This document shows, piece after piece, positions 21,733-31,692 of a DNA stretch of 64,000 bases. Numbering within the stretch: position 1 is the first letter of the stretch; the number at the start of each line of letters is the position of its first letter. Below the pieces are notes generated by a model. The model saw only the letters and a program-made list of their open reading frames with translations, had not been told where the DNA came from and did not search any database. The stretch covers positions 265 through 64,264 of the forward strand of contig JBGSQC010000157.1 in NCBI GenBank assembly GCA_041738295.1, given 5' to 3'. Source of the DNA: Zhengella sp. (GTDB taxonomy: Bacteria; Pseudomonadota; Alphaproteobacteria; Rhizobiales; Rhizobiaceae). Both the position numbers and the translations under genes were made by a program.

Positions 21733-21744
21733 TTCACGTGAAAC
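21731..21744. promoter_or_regulatory. parS site
   Basis: gattcacgtgaaac overlapping the mnmE stop codon. Confidence 0.8.
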
Positions 21745-21796
21745 ACTCGCGTGCGAGCAGTTGACGCCTATGGTTTGGCCCATTAGTGACACTCAG

Positions 21797-21810
21797 GTTT
21801 CACGTGAAAC
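21797..21810. promoter_or_regulatory. parS site (perfect palindrome)
   Basis: gtttcacgtgaaac just upstream of mnmG. Confidence 0.9.
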
Positions 21811-21825
21811 AAGGTGACCTCGATC

Positions 21826-23703
21826 ATGAGCCGGGTCTATGATGTCATTGTCGTTGGTGGTGGGCATGCCGGCTGTGAGGCTGCCTCTGCCAGCGCTCGC
21901 GCGGGCGCCCGCACTGCGCTCGTCACTCTCAGAAGCGATAATCTGGGTATCATGTCCTGCAATCCGGCGATTGGCGGATTGGGAAAGGGCCATCTTGTGC
22001 GCGAGATTGATGCCCTTGATGGTGTCATGGGTCTTGCAGCGGATCGCGGCGGCATCCAGTTCCGTATGCTCAACCGTCGAAAAGGATCAGCAGTACAGGG
22101 ACCGCGTACCCAGGCGGACCGTAAACTTTACAGGCTTGCTGTTTCGCAAATTATTCAGACAACTCCTGGACTCGATGTACTGGAGGGTGAGGTTAGCGGC
22201 CTGATTGAGAACGGATCACGGATAGACGGCATCGTTCTGACGGATGGTTCCCAGCTTCACGCGCGCAGTGTTGTCTTGACCACTGGAACATTCCTTGGTG
22301 GCGTTATCCATATCGGGTCCGAGAAAAGATCAGCAGGGAGATGGGATGAAAATCCGTCCAACGAACTGTCTGCTTTTCTTCGCTCCAACGGGTTCCGGAT
22401 GGGTCGTCTCAAGACCGGCACACCGGCGCGCCTCGATGGTCGCACAATCAATTGGGAAGCCATAGGAAAGCAGGAAGCAGATGAGGCGCCCGTGCCCTTC
22501 TCGCTGATGACCGAGAAGATCACGAACAGGCAGATTGCCTGCGGTGTCACCCATACCAACCAGAAGACGCACGACATTATCCGGGAAAACCTTGAACGCT
22601 CTGCCATGTATTCCGGCAACATCACTGGCGTCGGTCCGCGTTATTGTCCCTCTATAGAGGACAAGATCGTGCGCTTTGGAGATCGCGATGGCCATCAAAT
22701 CTTCCTGGAACCGGAAGGGCTGGATGATCCTGTTGTCTATCCAAATGGTATCTCAACATCCTTGCCTGAAGACGTCCAGGCGTCGTTCCTGAGGAGCATC
22801 AAGGGACTAGAGACGGTCACGATCCTTAAGCCCGGCTATGCCATTGAGTATGATCATGTGGATCCACGCGATCTGACGACAGAGTTGCGGCACAGGACCT
22901 TCGAGGGGCTGTATTTTGCAGGCCAGATCAACGGAACGACTGGTTACGAGGAAGCTGCAGCTCAGGGGCTTGCTGCCGGATTGAACGCTGCGCGCTCCGC
23001 CCTTGGCAAGGAAGGCGTCATCTTCAGCCGTTGCACCAGTTACATTGGCGTGATGATTGATGACCTGGTCACTCGAGGCATATCTGAACCCTACCGTATG
23101 TTCACCTCGCGCGCGGAGTATCGCTTGTCATTGCGGGCAGACAATGCCGATCTGCGGCTCACGCCGAAGGGTATTGAAATGGGAATCGTTTCTCCTGCCC
23201 GACAGAAACGTTTCGCTGCATTTGAGAGTTCCGTATCAACGGCGATCAGTCGGCTCAAGGAGCGGTCAGTCACTCCCAATGAGGCGGGTCGATATGGCAT
23301 ATCGCTCAGGCGTGATGGTGTCCGCCGGACGGCATTTGACCTGCTTTCCTATCCGGAGCTTGGATTTGAAACCGTAAGGTCTGTCTGGCCGGATCTTGCG
23401 TCCATCGATCCGTCCATCGAGAATCTCGTTGTCGCCGAAGCTTCCTATTCTGTCTATCTTGACAAACAGCAGGAAGATATCGCGCTGCTGCAGAAGGAGG
23501 AAAATCTGACAATTCCGCCAGATATGAGTTATGAGCCAATTACTGGCCTCTCAAATGAGCTCAAGGGCAAGCTTTCGGCGCGGCGGCCGGCAAACATTGC
23601 GGCTGCAAACCGCATTGATGGCATGACACCCGCTGCACTGGCCCTGATTATCTCCAGGGTTCGCAAGGGCCGCGTGGCTGGGACCGCGGATTTGCGTCAA
23701 TGA
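21826..23703 (+). CDS. mnmG: tRNA uridine 5-carboxymethylaminomethyl modification enzyme (GidA)
   Basis: [49 protein letters not shown]. Confidence 0.97.
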   Translation: MSRVYDVIVVGGGHAGCEAASASARAGARTALVTLRSDNLGIMSCNPAIGGLGKGHLVREIDALDGVMGLAADRGGIQFRMLNRRKGSAVQGPRTQADRKLYRLAVSQIIQTTPGLDVLEGEVSGLIENGSRIDGIVLTDGSQLHARSVVLTTGTFLGGVIHIGSEKRSAGRWDENPSNELSAFLRSNGFRMGRLKTGTPARLDGRTINWEAIGKQEADEAPVPFSLMTEKITNRQIACGVTHTNQKTHDIIRENLERSAMYSGNITGVGPRYCPSIEDKIVRFGDRDGHQIFLEPEGLDDPVVYPNGISTSLPEDVQASFLRSIKGLETVTILKPGYAIEYDHVDPRDLTTELRHRTFEGLYFAGQINGTTGYEEAAAQGLAAGLNAARSALGKEGVIFSRCTSYIGVMIDDLVTRGISEPYRMFTSRAEYRLSLRADNADLRLTPKGIEMGIVSPARQKRFAAFESSVSTAISRLKERSVTPNEAGRYGISLRRDGVRRTAFDLLSYPELGFETVRSVWPDLASIDPSIENLVVAEASYSVYLDKQQEDIALLQKEENLTIPPDMSYEPITGLSNELKGKLSARRPANIAAANRIDGMTPAALALIISRVRKGRVAGTADLRQ

Positions 23704-24338
23704 ATAAAGCGTTTGAAACGCTTCAGGCCGCCGCCGGTCCGGTTTCACGTGAAACATTCGAGGCTTTGCAACTCTACGAATCTCACTTTCGGAAGTGGAA
23801 CGCCCATATCAACTTGGCTTCCGCTTCTACGTTGGACGCATTCTGGGAGCGGCATATCCTCGACAGCGCTCAGCTCTTCAACCTTCGCAAAAACAGCTTG
23901 ATCTGGGTCGATCTCGGTTCCGGTGGAGGTCTACCGGGCGTGGTCCTGTCGATTCTTTGCCGAGATATTCAGGGAGGATCGGTCGATCTTGTTGAGAGCA
24001 ATCGAAAGAAAGCCGGGTTTCTGTTGAATGCTGTTTCGGTCTGCAAAGGCAAGGGGACAGTTCATGCCAAGCGCATTGAAGATGCCGTGATTCACGTGAA
24101 ACATCCCGATATTGTTACCGCTCGGGCACTGGCTCCGCTGCCAGCTCTGCTTATGCTGGTCAGACCCTATCTGGATCTCAAGGCCGGAAGCCGGGCGCTT
24201 CTGCACAAAGGCCGTGGATACCGGGAAGAAATTGCAGAAAGCCGGAGAAACTGGACGTTCGATCTGGTAGAACATCCAAGCATTGTCGACCCTCACTCTG
24301 TGGTCCTGGAAATCAGCAATCTCGTTGGACGGACTTGA
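23700..24338 (+). CDS. rsmG: 16S rRNA m7G527 methyltransferase (GidB)
   Basis: [23 protein letters not shown]. Confidence 0.95.
   Translation: MNKAFETLQAAAGPVSRETFEALQLYESHFRKWNAHINLASASTLDAFWERHILDSAQLFNLRKNSLIWVDLGSGGGLPGVVLSILCRDIQGGSVDLVESNRKKAGFLLNAVSVCKGKGTVHAKRIEDAVIHVKHPDIVTARALAPLPALLMLVRPYLDLKAGSRALLHKGRGYREEIAESRRNWTFDLVEHPSIVDPHSVVLEISNLVGRT
23742..23755. promoter_or_regulatory. parS site (perfect palindrome) inside rsmG
   Basis: gtttcacgtgaaac, encoding VSRET. Confidence 0.88.
24089..24102. promoter_or_regulatory. parS site inside rsmG
   Basis: gattcacgtgaaac. Confidence 0.75.
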
Positions 24339-24380
24339 GGAATGACCACCAAGGATCCTGCGGGAAAATATGGAAGCGGC

Positions 24381-25169
24381 ATGAACCCCGAAACGCGCAT
24401 CATCACAGTCGCAAACCAGAAGGGTGGAGTGGGAAAGACAACCACGGCTATCAATCTGGGTACTGCCCTCGCCGCCATTGGCGAGCGCGTGTTGATCATT
24501 GACCTTGATCCACAAGGCAATGCCAGCACCGGGCTGGGAATTGATCGCCAGGAGCGTGAGATTTCTGCCTATGATGTGTTGATGGGCACGGCGACGATTT
24601 CCGAAGCAGCGGTGCCCACAGCAGTCCCCAATTTGTCGATCGTTGTCTCGACACTCGATCTCCTTGGAATTGAAATGGAAATTGCCGGTGCGCCGGATCG
24701 TGTGCGCCGCCTTTCCAAGGCATTGGACCAGTCGCACCACGGCTTCAGCTATATCCTGATCGATTGTCCGCCGTCGCTCAATCTGCTGACGATGAACTCA
24801 ATGGCGGCAGCCGATTCTGTTCTGGTTCCGCTGCAGTGCGAATTTTTTGCCCTCGAAGGTCTCAGCCAGTTGCTTCAGACGGTTGACCAGGTGCGAGCCA
24901 CCATCAACCCGTCCATCGATATTCAAGGCATTGTGCTGACCATGTATGATGGCCGCAACAATCTCGCCAATCAGGTGGTTGAGGATGTGAGGGCGCATAT
25001 GGGAGACAAGGTCTACCAAACCATCATACCGCGCAATGTGCGTATTTCCGAAGCGCCGTCCTATGGAAAGCCGGCAATCCTCTACGATTTGAAATGCGCG
25101 GGAAGCCAAGCCTATCTCCAATTGGCCTCGGAAGTGATCCGGCGCGAACGCCGCCTTCGTGCTGCGTGA
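24381..25169 (+). CDS. parA: Chromosome partitioning ATPase
   Basis: ANQKGGVGKTT, DLDPQGNAS, IDCPPS, EAPSYG. Start could be 24342. Confidence 0.96.
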   Translation: MNPETRIITVANQKGGVGKTTTAINLGTALAAIGERVLIIDLDPQGNASTGLGIDRQEREISAYDVLMGTATISEAAVPTAVPNLSIVVSTLDLLGIEMEIAGAPDRVRRLSKALDQSHHGFSYILIDCPPSLNLLTMNSMAAADSVLVPLQCEFFALEGLSQLLQTVDQVRATINPSIDIQGIVLTMYDGRNNLANQVVEDVRAHMGDKVYQTIIPRNVRISEAPSYGKPAILYDLKCAGSQAYLQLASEVIRRERRLRAA

Positions 25170-25196
25170 ACCATCCCTTGAAGCGAGACTGCTGAA

Positions 25197-26072
25197 ATGA
25201 CCGATGATGTATCGAAAAGGCGGCTCGGCCGCGGACTGGCTGCCCTGATTGGCGAAATCGACCTGCCGCAGGAACAGGCCGGTCCGGTCGCGCCGGCGGA
25301 TGGCAAAGTGCCGATCGAACATGTGATGCGCAACCCGCGTAATCCGCGTCGCCAGTTTGCCGAGGCCGATCTTGCTGATCTGGCCCAGTCGATACGCGAA
25401 CATGGTGTTGTGCAGCCGGTTGTCGTTCGCCCGAGCGCGGCAAAGTCCGGCCATTTCGAGATCATCGCAGGCGAGCGCCGGTGGCGTGCTGCCCAGATTG
25501 CCGGCCTGTCGGAAGTGCCGGTGATCATCCGCGAAGTCGATGACAGGGTTGCGCTGGAAATCGCAATTGTCGAGAACGTCCAGCGCGCTGACCTCAATGC
25601 TGTTGAAGAAGCCACGGGATATCAACAGCTTATCGATGAGCACAGCTACACACAGGCCGATCTGGCGCAGGTCATCGGCAAGAGCCGTAGCCATGTTGCC
25701 AATACGCTGCGCCTGCTGAAGCTCCCGGCAGAAGTCACCTCCCTTCTAATCGACGGATCGCTTTCTGCCGGTCATGCACGCACACTCGTCACCGCAGATG
25801 ATCCGCTTTCGCTGGCGCAACGCATTGTCCGCGATGGTCTTTCTGTCCGCCAGGCCGAGGCGCTGCAACAGGAGCCAAAAGGCCGCAAGGAAGGTGGTCA
25901 GCGCAAGGAACCTGCCGTCCGGGATTCCGACACCGTGGCGCTTGAAAAACTGCTGAGTGATGCGCTTGGCCTTCGCGTGTCGGTAAACCACAGCGACAAG
26001 GGTGGGGAAGTGAAGATAGCCTACCAGTCGCTTGAACAGCTTGATGAGCTTTGCCGCCTCTTGCAGGGATAA
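25197..26072 (+). CDS. parB: Chromosome partitioning protein
   Basis: LGRGLAAL, IAGERRWRAA, ENVQRADL, KSRSHVANTLRLL. Confidence 0.97.
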   Translation: MTDDVSKRRLGRGLAALIGEIDLPQEQAGPVAPADGKVPIEHVMRNPRNPRRQFAEADLADLAQSIREHGVVQPVVVRPSAAKSGHFEIIAGERRWRAAQIAGLSEVPVIIREVDDRVALEIAIVENVQRADLNAVEEATGYQQLIDEHSYTQADLAQVIGKSRSHVANTLRLLKLPAEVTSLLIDGSLSAGHARTLVTADDPLSLAQRIVRDGLSVRQAEALQQEPKGRKEGGQRKEPAVRDSDTVALEKLLSDALGLRVSVNHSDKGGEVKIAYQSLEQLDELCRLLQG

Positions 26073-26124
26073 GGCCGGGTTTTTCGGGGAGGATCTTCCA
26101 TTACCCGCAAGCCTAAGCAGGCTG

Positions 26125-27174
26125 TCAGCCGCGCCGTGACGTGCGAAGCGTTTCGACGGTCAAAGCCAGCAGCGTCTGACGGGTCAGCGCCTCTTCCAGG
26201 CCGGCCTTCTGTCGTGTCAGCAGCACGGTTTCCTGCAGGCGATCTAGTGCGCGGGCAATGGCTGGTGCGCTCCAGGCCTGCAAACCCCGCTCGACGACGC
26301 CCTTGCGGGCAAAGAACACCGGTGGTCTTGCCGATGCGACCACTGAGGAAGCCGACTTGCCGCCCCTGTCCATCTCCCAGCGCATGATTTGAAGGGATGC
26401 AAACTGGCGCATGGTGGCAGACAGCACGACAAAGCTGTGTGTCCCTGCCGAAGTGAGGCGGGTGAAGGCCATATCAAGTTTTGACAAGTCACCTGTCAAA
26501 ATCGCATCAACCGCGTCGTCAGCCGAGGTGGATGCCACGTCGCCGAGACTAGCTGCCACATCTTCGACGCTGATCTGGCTCTTGCCCATGGCGTAGAGTG
26601 CCAGTTTTCCAATTTCGCCGCGCGTGGCCAACCGGTCGCCTCCGAGGCCTGCGTTCAGCAGCTCGCGAGCCTCCAGCGATATGGTCTGATTGTGTGTGGC
26701 GAGTTCGCTGTTGATCAGGTCATCAATCTTGCGGGCATCATCGCCGTAGCAAGGCAGCGCCATGGCTGCGGCGGCATTCTCGACAATTCCGCGAAGGCTG
26801 GTCGCGCCTTTCTTGAGGTCTCCGCCTTCGATCAAGATGAGCGTATCAACCGGAGGCTCGGCGCAAAGAAATTTCACTCCGTCCGTCAGGGCCTTATGCG
26901 TCCCGGCATCGCCGATCCATAGCAGGCGGTTGGGTGAGAACATCGGCACCATGCGTGCTTCGTCAACCAGCCGACCCGGATCGCCATCGAGTTCGGCTGC
27001 ATCCATGCGAATGACAGAAAACGGATCGTCCAGGGAAAGTCCGGTGCCGCTTGCGATGGTGCGGGCGCGCTCGGACACCATGCCGCGATCCGGACCATAG
27101 ACGAGGATGATCCGCACACCCTTGTCAGGGCGAGCGATCCAGCTGTCCACTTCATGAGATTTCTTCTGCGCCAT
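26125..27174 (-). CDS. holA: DNA polymerase III delta subunit
   Basis: LVYGPDRGMVSER, ALPCY, GGDRLATRGEIGKLALY, PPVFFAR; convergent with parB. Confidence 0.92.
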   Translation of the reverse strand: MAQKKSHEVDSWIARPDKGVRIILVYGPDRGMVSERARTIASGTGLSLDDPFSVIRMDAAELDGDPGRLVDEARMVPMFSPNRLLWIGDAGTHKALTDGVKFLCAEPPVDTLILIEGGDLKKGATSLRGIVENAAAAMALPCYGDDARKIDDLINSELATHNQTISLEARELLNAGLGGDRLATRGEIGKLALYAMGKSQISVEDVAASLGDVASTSADDAVDAILTGDLSKLDMAFTRLTSAGTHSFVVLSATMRQFASLQIMRWEMDRGGKSASSVVASARPPVFFARKGVVERGLQAWSAPAIARALDRLQETVLLTRQKAGLEEALTRQTLLALTVETLRTSRRG

Positions 27175-27232
27175 GAAAACCGGGTTAGCATGGAAGGCGA
27201 AGGGCGGCAAAGCGCCAGTTCCGGACGCTGCG

Positions 27233-27268
27233 AAAAGAAAAAGGCCCGGATTGATCCGGGCCTGTTTT
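27233..27268 (-). terminator. Intrinsic terminator downstream of tRNA-Gly
   Basis: aaaagaaaaaggcccggat-tg-atccgggcct; U-tract on the minus strand. Confidence 0.8.
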
Positions 27269-27288
27269 GGCCAGTTCCTTAAGAGAAC

Positions 27289-27363
27289 TGGAGCGGGCGA
27301 GGCGATTCGAACGCCCGACCCCAACCTTGGCAAGGTTGTGCTCTACCCCTGAGCTACGCCCGC
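27289..27363 (-). tRNA. tRNA-Gly(GCC)
   Basis: GCGGGCGTAGCTCAGGGGTAGAGCACAACCTTGCCAAGGTTGGGGTCGGGCGTTCGAATCGCCTCGCCCGCTCCA: cloverleaf, GCC anticodon, encoded CCA. Confidence 0.97.
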
Positions 27364-27578
27364 TTTTCACCGGCGGCAACCAGTGCCGCAAGCCGGGCCT
27401 ATATGACTTAAGCGAAAGCGGATTGCAACAGGGAAAAACATGAAATGATAACTTCGTCGTCACCAGGCCGCTTGGTTCCTTCACGAGCGTTCCCGGACCA
27501 CCAGCTGCGCGACGCGCTCTTGTTTTTGCAGGCATCTTGCCCGAAAAGGGCGATCGTAGGGATCAACGGAGAGAGATC

Positions 27579-28073
27579 ATGGCCCGCTTGAGTGGCGACT
27601 TGTTTGCGTTTCTTGACGAGCTCGGAATCTCCCACAGCACGGTCGAGCATCCTCCGCTTTATACGGTGGCCCAATCGCAGGAATTGCGCGGCCAGATAGC
27701 CGGTGCCCACACCAAGAACCTGTTCGTGAAGGACAAGAAGGACCAGTTTTTCCTGCTGACGGTGGAAGAACAGGCCGTTGTCGACCTGAAGACCATCCAC
27801 CATCAGATCGGGGCTGCGAGCAAGGTGTCGTTCGGCAAGCCGGAAAAGCTCGTGGAGCTTCTGGGTGTGGAGCCCGGTGCAGTCACGGCGTTCGGACTGA
27901 TCAACGACACGGAGAAATCAGTCTCTTTTTTTATCGACAAGTCCCTGCTTGGCTCCGAGATTGTCAATTGTCATCCGCTGGTCAACACGGCGACCGCCAG
28001 TATCAGTCCAACCGACCTTTTGCTTTTTGCAGAAGCAACCGGCCACAAGTCTTCGGTCTTGAAACTGGACTGA
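27579..28073 (+). CDS. ProX/YbaK-family aminoacyl-tRNA editing protein
   Basis: HPPLYTV, AHTKNLFVKDKK, LGVEPGAVT, HPLVNTAT. Confidence 0.9.
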   Translation: MARLSGDLFAFLDELGISHSTVEHPPLYTVAQSQELRGQIAGAHTKNLFVKDKKDQFFLLTVEEQAVVDLKTIHHQIGAASKVSFGKPEKLVELLGVEPGAVTAFGLINDTEKSVSFFIDKSLLGSEIVNCHPLVNTATASISPTDLLLFAEATGHKSSVLKLD

Positions 28074-28125
28074 CAAACGGCAATTTGTAGGATGGGCGGC
28101 TGGTGCCGCCAGGCTGGAGAATATC

Positions 28126-29082
28126 ATGCAAGACAAGTCCAACCCCTACCAGGCTTCCTCGGGGGGATATTCCACAAACATCAGCTTCGGTGGCCAGCAG
28201 GCACCGGCTGCATCCGGTCCGCTGGTCAGCGACACGACAACAGCCTCTTTCAAGGCCGATGTCATGGATGCTTCCCGGGATCGGCCTGTGCTGGTGGATT
28301 TCTGGGCGCCCTGGTGCGGTCCGTGCAAGCAGCTCGCACCCTTGCTTGAAAAGGTCGTGACGGAAGCCCGCGGCGCGGTGAAGCTCGTCAAGATGAACAT
28401 TGACGAGCATCCGCAGATCGCCGGCCAGCTTGGGGTCCAGTCAATCCCGGCCGTCATCGCCTTCGTCAATGGACAGCCGGTGGATGGTTTCATGGGCGCT
28501 GTCCCTGAATCACAGATCCGCCAGTTCATTGCCAAACTCTCGGCCGGGCAACCCGATCCGCTTGCCGATGCGTTGGCTGCGGCGGAGGAATCGCTGGCAG
28601 CTGGCGATCCGCAGTCTGCCATGCAGATCTACTCCATGATCTTGCAGCAAGATCCCGCCAATGCCGAGGCCATCATCGGGGCATGTGGTGTTCTCGTCGA
28701 AGCCGGACAGCTGGAAGATGCAGAAGCCCTCCTCGCCGGGCTCCCGGCAGACAAGGCAGCGCTGCCGGCGGTGGAAGGCTTGAATGCGCGCATCCGCCTT
28801 GCCCGCGAAGTGGCAGCGCTCGGCGATCCGCTGGCATTGGCTCGCCGGTTGGCTGACAACCCGGCTGACCATCAGGCGCGGATTGATCTCGCAAAAATCG
28901 AGAATGCCAAGGGCGAGCGTGATGCAGCAGCCGATCACCTGCTTGCCGTGATCAAGGCTGATCGCGGCTGGAACGATGAAGCAGCCAAGAAGCAGCTGAT
29001 CGAATTTTTCCAGGCCTGGGGAATGACCGATCCGGCAACGCTTGCCGGGCGCAGGAAACTTTCTTCCCTGCTGTTCTCGTGA
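28126..29082 (+). CDS. cnoX: Thioredoxin-TPR chaperedoxin (YbbN/CnoX)
   Basis: DFWAPWCGPCK thioredoxin domain, TPR helices, C-terminal RRKLSSLLFS. Confidence 0.9.
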   Translation: MQDKSNPYQASSGGYSTNISFGGQQAPAASGPLVSDTTTASFKADVMDASRDRPVLVDFWAPWCGPCKQLAPLLEKVVTEARGAVKLVKMNIDEHPQIAGQLGVQSIPAVIAFVNGQPVDGFMGAVPESQIRQFIAKLSAGQPDPLADALAAAEESLAAGDPQSAMQIYSMILQQDPANAEAIIGACGVLVEAGQLEDAEALLAGLPADKAALPAVEGLNARIRLAREVAALGDPLALARRLADNPADHQARIDLAKIENAKGERDAAADHLLAVIKADRGWNDEAAKKQLIEFFQAWGMTDPATLAGRRKLSSLLFS

Positions 29083-29146
29083 CCTGACCCACTTGAGTTC
29101 CCGGCCTGACGCTCCACATAGCGTGAGGTCATAGAGGAGAACTGGC

Positions 29147-29818
29147 ATGAAGGTCGGCAATGCAGTCTACCGCGGCGCGCATGACTTGCCGGACGTGATT
29201 CCGGTGTTTCCCCTGCCAGGTGCGCTGCTGCTGCCCGGTGGGCGGATGCCGCTCAATATTTTCGAACCGAGATACCTTCAGATGTCTGATGATGCGCTTG
29301 CGCGCGGACGTCACATCGGCATGGTCCAACCGGCGCTCAACGGGGCGCGTCGTGCTGATGGAGAACCGGAACTGTGCCATGTCGGATGCATGGGGCGTCT
29401 CACCTCTCATGCCGAAACAGGCGATGGCCGCATCATCATCACGCTGGAAGGCGTCACGCGATTCCGGATCACCGAGGAACTGTCAGTTCGCACACCCTAC
29501 AGGCAGGTTCGTGTCGCCCATTTTGTCACTGATCTCGAACAGGAATCCCAGGAAAAGACGATCAACCGGCAGGATCTGCTCGCCGCTTTCAAGGCCTATC
29601 TTGAGGCCAATGAGATGGAAGCGGACTGGGAAAGCGTGTCAAAGGCTGGCAATGTGCAACTGGTCAACGCGCTATCGATGATGGCACCCTATGGAGAAGC
29701 CGAGAAGCAGGCCTTGCTGGAAGCGCCGGATCTCAGGACGCGGGCCGAGACGCTGATCGCCCTGACGGAAATGGCCGTGGCGCGTGAGACAGAGGGGCCG
29801 GTTTCCGGCCTCCAGTAA
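29147..29818 (+). CDS. LON peptidase substrate-binding domain protein
   Basis: IPVFPLPGALLLPGGRMPLNIFEPRY, EKQALLEA. Confidence 0.9.
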   Translation: MKVGNAVYRGAHDLPDVIPVFPLPGALLLPGGRMPLNIFEPRYLQMSDDALARGRHIGMVQPALNGARRADGEPELCHVGCMGRLTSHAETGDGRIIITLEGVTRFRITEELSVRTPYRQVRVAHFVTDLEQESQEKTINRQDLLAAFKAYLEANEMEADWESVSKAGNVQLVNALSMMAPYGEAEKQALLEAPDLRTRAETLIALTEMAVARETEGPVSGLQ

Positions 29819-29839
29819 AGTGCTGAAAGGATACCTGCG

Positions 29840-30058
29840 ATGGCAGACGCCCAGGACCAACCCAGGGATCATCTGAAGCGGCAGATGGATGTCGATCCGC
29901 GAATGCTGGAACTTCTCGTCTGCCCCCTGACCAAATCCAACCTTTCCTATGACCGGGAGCGCAACGAATTGCTCTCCAAGTCAGCCCGCCTCGCCTATCC
30001 GGTGCGTGGCGGCATCCCGATCCTTCTGCCGTCGGAAGCACGCACGCTCGAGGACTGA
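29840..30058 (+). CDS. Trm112/YcaR-family protein
   Basis: [10 protein letters not shown]...[13 protein letters not shown]. Confidence 0.9.
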   Translation: MADAQDQPRDHLKRQMDVDPRMLELLVCPLTKSNLSYDRERNELLSKSARLAYPVRGGIPILLPSEARTLED

Positions 30059-30138
30059 CCGGAAACAAGCGGGTGGACACAGCCACTTGCCGGGTTTAGT
30101 CATTCAACTGACAAGCAATGTCAGGGCGGACCGGTTCA

Positions 30139-30711
30139 ATGGCAGGCAATGACAAAAGGGATGCGTTGACAACGGCTGCAGCCAGCCTGTTCTGGACGAA
30201 AGGCTATGCTGCGACCAGCCTTGCCGACATTTCTGCCCAGTCCGGCGTGCCACTGGGCAACATCTATTATTATTTCCGCTCCAAGACTGCGCTTGCCGAA
30301 GCTGTCGCTGACATCTTTGTTGCCGAAACCCAGCAGATGGTCGACCAGATAGCCGCAGATCATGACGATCCGCGCCACCGCATGCGGGCGCTGGTGGAGA
30401 AATTGCAACGGTCCATGCGGTCGCGCGTGGAAAACGGTTGTCCGCTTTCGCTGTGCATCCGGGATTTCCGGCGCGAACACCGGCCGGCCAGTGACCGGGC
30501 CGCAGAGAGCTTCACCATTTTGATAGCCAGCCTGGCGCGCGAACTGGGGCGCACCGGTGTCCGGCCTTCGCAAGGGCTTGCAATTGCCCGCGCTGCGATT
30601 TCCGAATGGCAGGGCGGTATAGCGCTTGCCCATGCCCTGGGCGATGCGGCAATTCTTTCGGAGAGTTTCAGGCGCATGGAGCAGATCCTGCATCTGCCGG
30701 GACGGACGTGA
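30139..30711 (+). CDS. TetR/AcrR-family regulator
   Basis: LFWTKGYAATSLADIS...GNIYYYFRSK helix-turn-helix; GCP motif. Confidence 0.9.
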   Translation: MAGNDKRDALTTAAASLFWTKGYAATSLADISAQSGVPLGNIYYYFRSKTALAEAVADIFVAETQQMVDQIAADHDDPRHRMRALVEKLQRSMRSRVENGCPLSLCIRDFRREHRPASDRAAESFTILIASLARELGRTGVRPSQGLAIARAAISEWQGGIALAHALGDAAILSESFRRMEQILHLPGRT

Positions 30712-30778
30712 AAGGACGCGCCTTGCCTTCCCATGCGGCCAAAAAGCCCCTATATGCGCCACTCCAAAGGGACAAGAC

Positions 30779-31201
30779 ATGGCGCGGATCTATCAGAGCC
30801 GGAATTGGCAGGGCGAATTGGCGCCGGGGTTGGCAGAGCTGGAACTGCTGACGGTTGAAGCCTATGCGCATCTGCCGCAGGAATTTCGTGACCTCACGGG
30901 TGAAATCCTGATCCAGCTGGCGGAGTTTCCGACAGATGAGATCATGGATGCGCTGGCGCTGGAGACACCCTTTGATCTCCTTGGACTGTTTGAGGGACGC
31001 GGTATTGCCGAACGCTGGAATCCGCAAACCGGCGAAGGACCCAATCGGGTGACGCTTTTCCGGCGCGCAATCCTCGACTACTGGGCAGAAAACGAGGAAA
31101 CGCTGGGCGACATCGTCACCCATGTGCTCGTCCACGAAATCGGACATCATTTCGGCCTGTCAGACGAGGACATGGCAGCCATTGAAGAGGCGGCGGATTA
31201 A
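30779..31201 (+). CDS. Zincin-like metallopeptidase family protein
   Basis: DLLGLFEG, LFRRAILDYW, HEIGHHFG (HEXXH). Confidence 0.88.
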   Translation: MARIYQSRNWQGELAPGLAELELLTVEAYAHLPQEFRDLTGEILIQLAEFPTDEIMDALALETPFDLLGLFEGRGIAERWNPQTGEGPNRVTLFRRAILDYWAENEETLGDIVTHVLVHEIGHHFGLSDEDMAAIEEAAD

Positions 31202-31213
31202 CCGCCTGTTAAC
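31198..31213. promoter_or_regulatory. Candidate CtrA box
   Basis: TTAA-ccgcctg-TTAAC, exact TTAA-N7-TTAAC consensus, about 110 bp upstream of a receiver-only regulator. Confidence 0.6.
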
Positions 31214-31320
31214 GCTAAAGGCGGACCCTTCGGTCAGCAATGACACCAACATTGCATGAGGCATCCTGCATCGGGACTCACACCTGGAGAGACCGGGCAT
31301 GCAGAGACCGGGAGAAAGCC

Positions 31321-31692
31321 ATGGCGAAACCAACCCTGCTGATCGTCGAAGACGATCCCCTTCTTGCGCTGGATGCCGCAGCCCAGGCAGAGCGCGCCGG
31401 ATACCAGACCATCATCACGGCAAGCGTGGCCGATGCGCAGCGTGTGCTGGCACTTGAGGATATCGATGCGGCGCTCCTTGATTTCCTGCTGCCGGACGGT
31501 GTCGTGACACCGGTTGCCCATGCGCTTCGCGAGGCAGGCCTGCCCTATGCGATCGTCTCGGGGAGCAGCATGGCAGAGATCGAGCAGACCGGGCTTCTCA
31601 ATCCGCCATTGATGGCCAAACCTGCCGATTATCTCCGGGTGATTTCAAACTTCATGCGCGACGAGGAAATGCCGCGCGCCAAGGCTGGCTGA
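31321..31692 (+). CDS. Single-domain response regulator
   Basis: LIVEDD, AALLD, VSG, KP receiver motifs; no output domain; GGAG RBS. Confidence 0.85.
   Translation: MAKPTLLIVEDDPLLALDAAAQAERAGYQTIITASVADAQRVLALEDIDAALLDFLLPDGVVTPVAHALREAGLPYAIVSGSSMAEIEQTGLLNPPLMAKPADYLRVISNFMRDEEMPRAKAG

Noticed and set aside
27175-27333. N-terminal extension of holA in the ORF track
   Set aside because: It overlaps tRNA-Gly and its terminator.
27289-27363. tRNA-Gly as the attachment site of a genomic island
   Set aside because: No integrase, no duplicated tRNA 3' end seen, and both flanks are core genes.
30095-30115. GTCA-N6-TGAC upstream of the TetR gene as an operator
   Set aside because: Only a 4-bp arm; could easily arise by chance.
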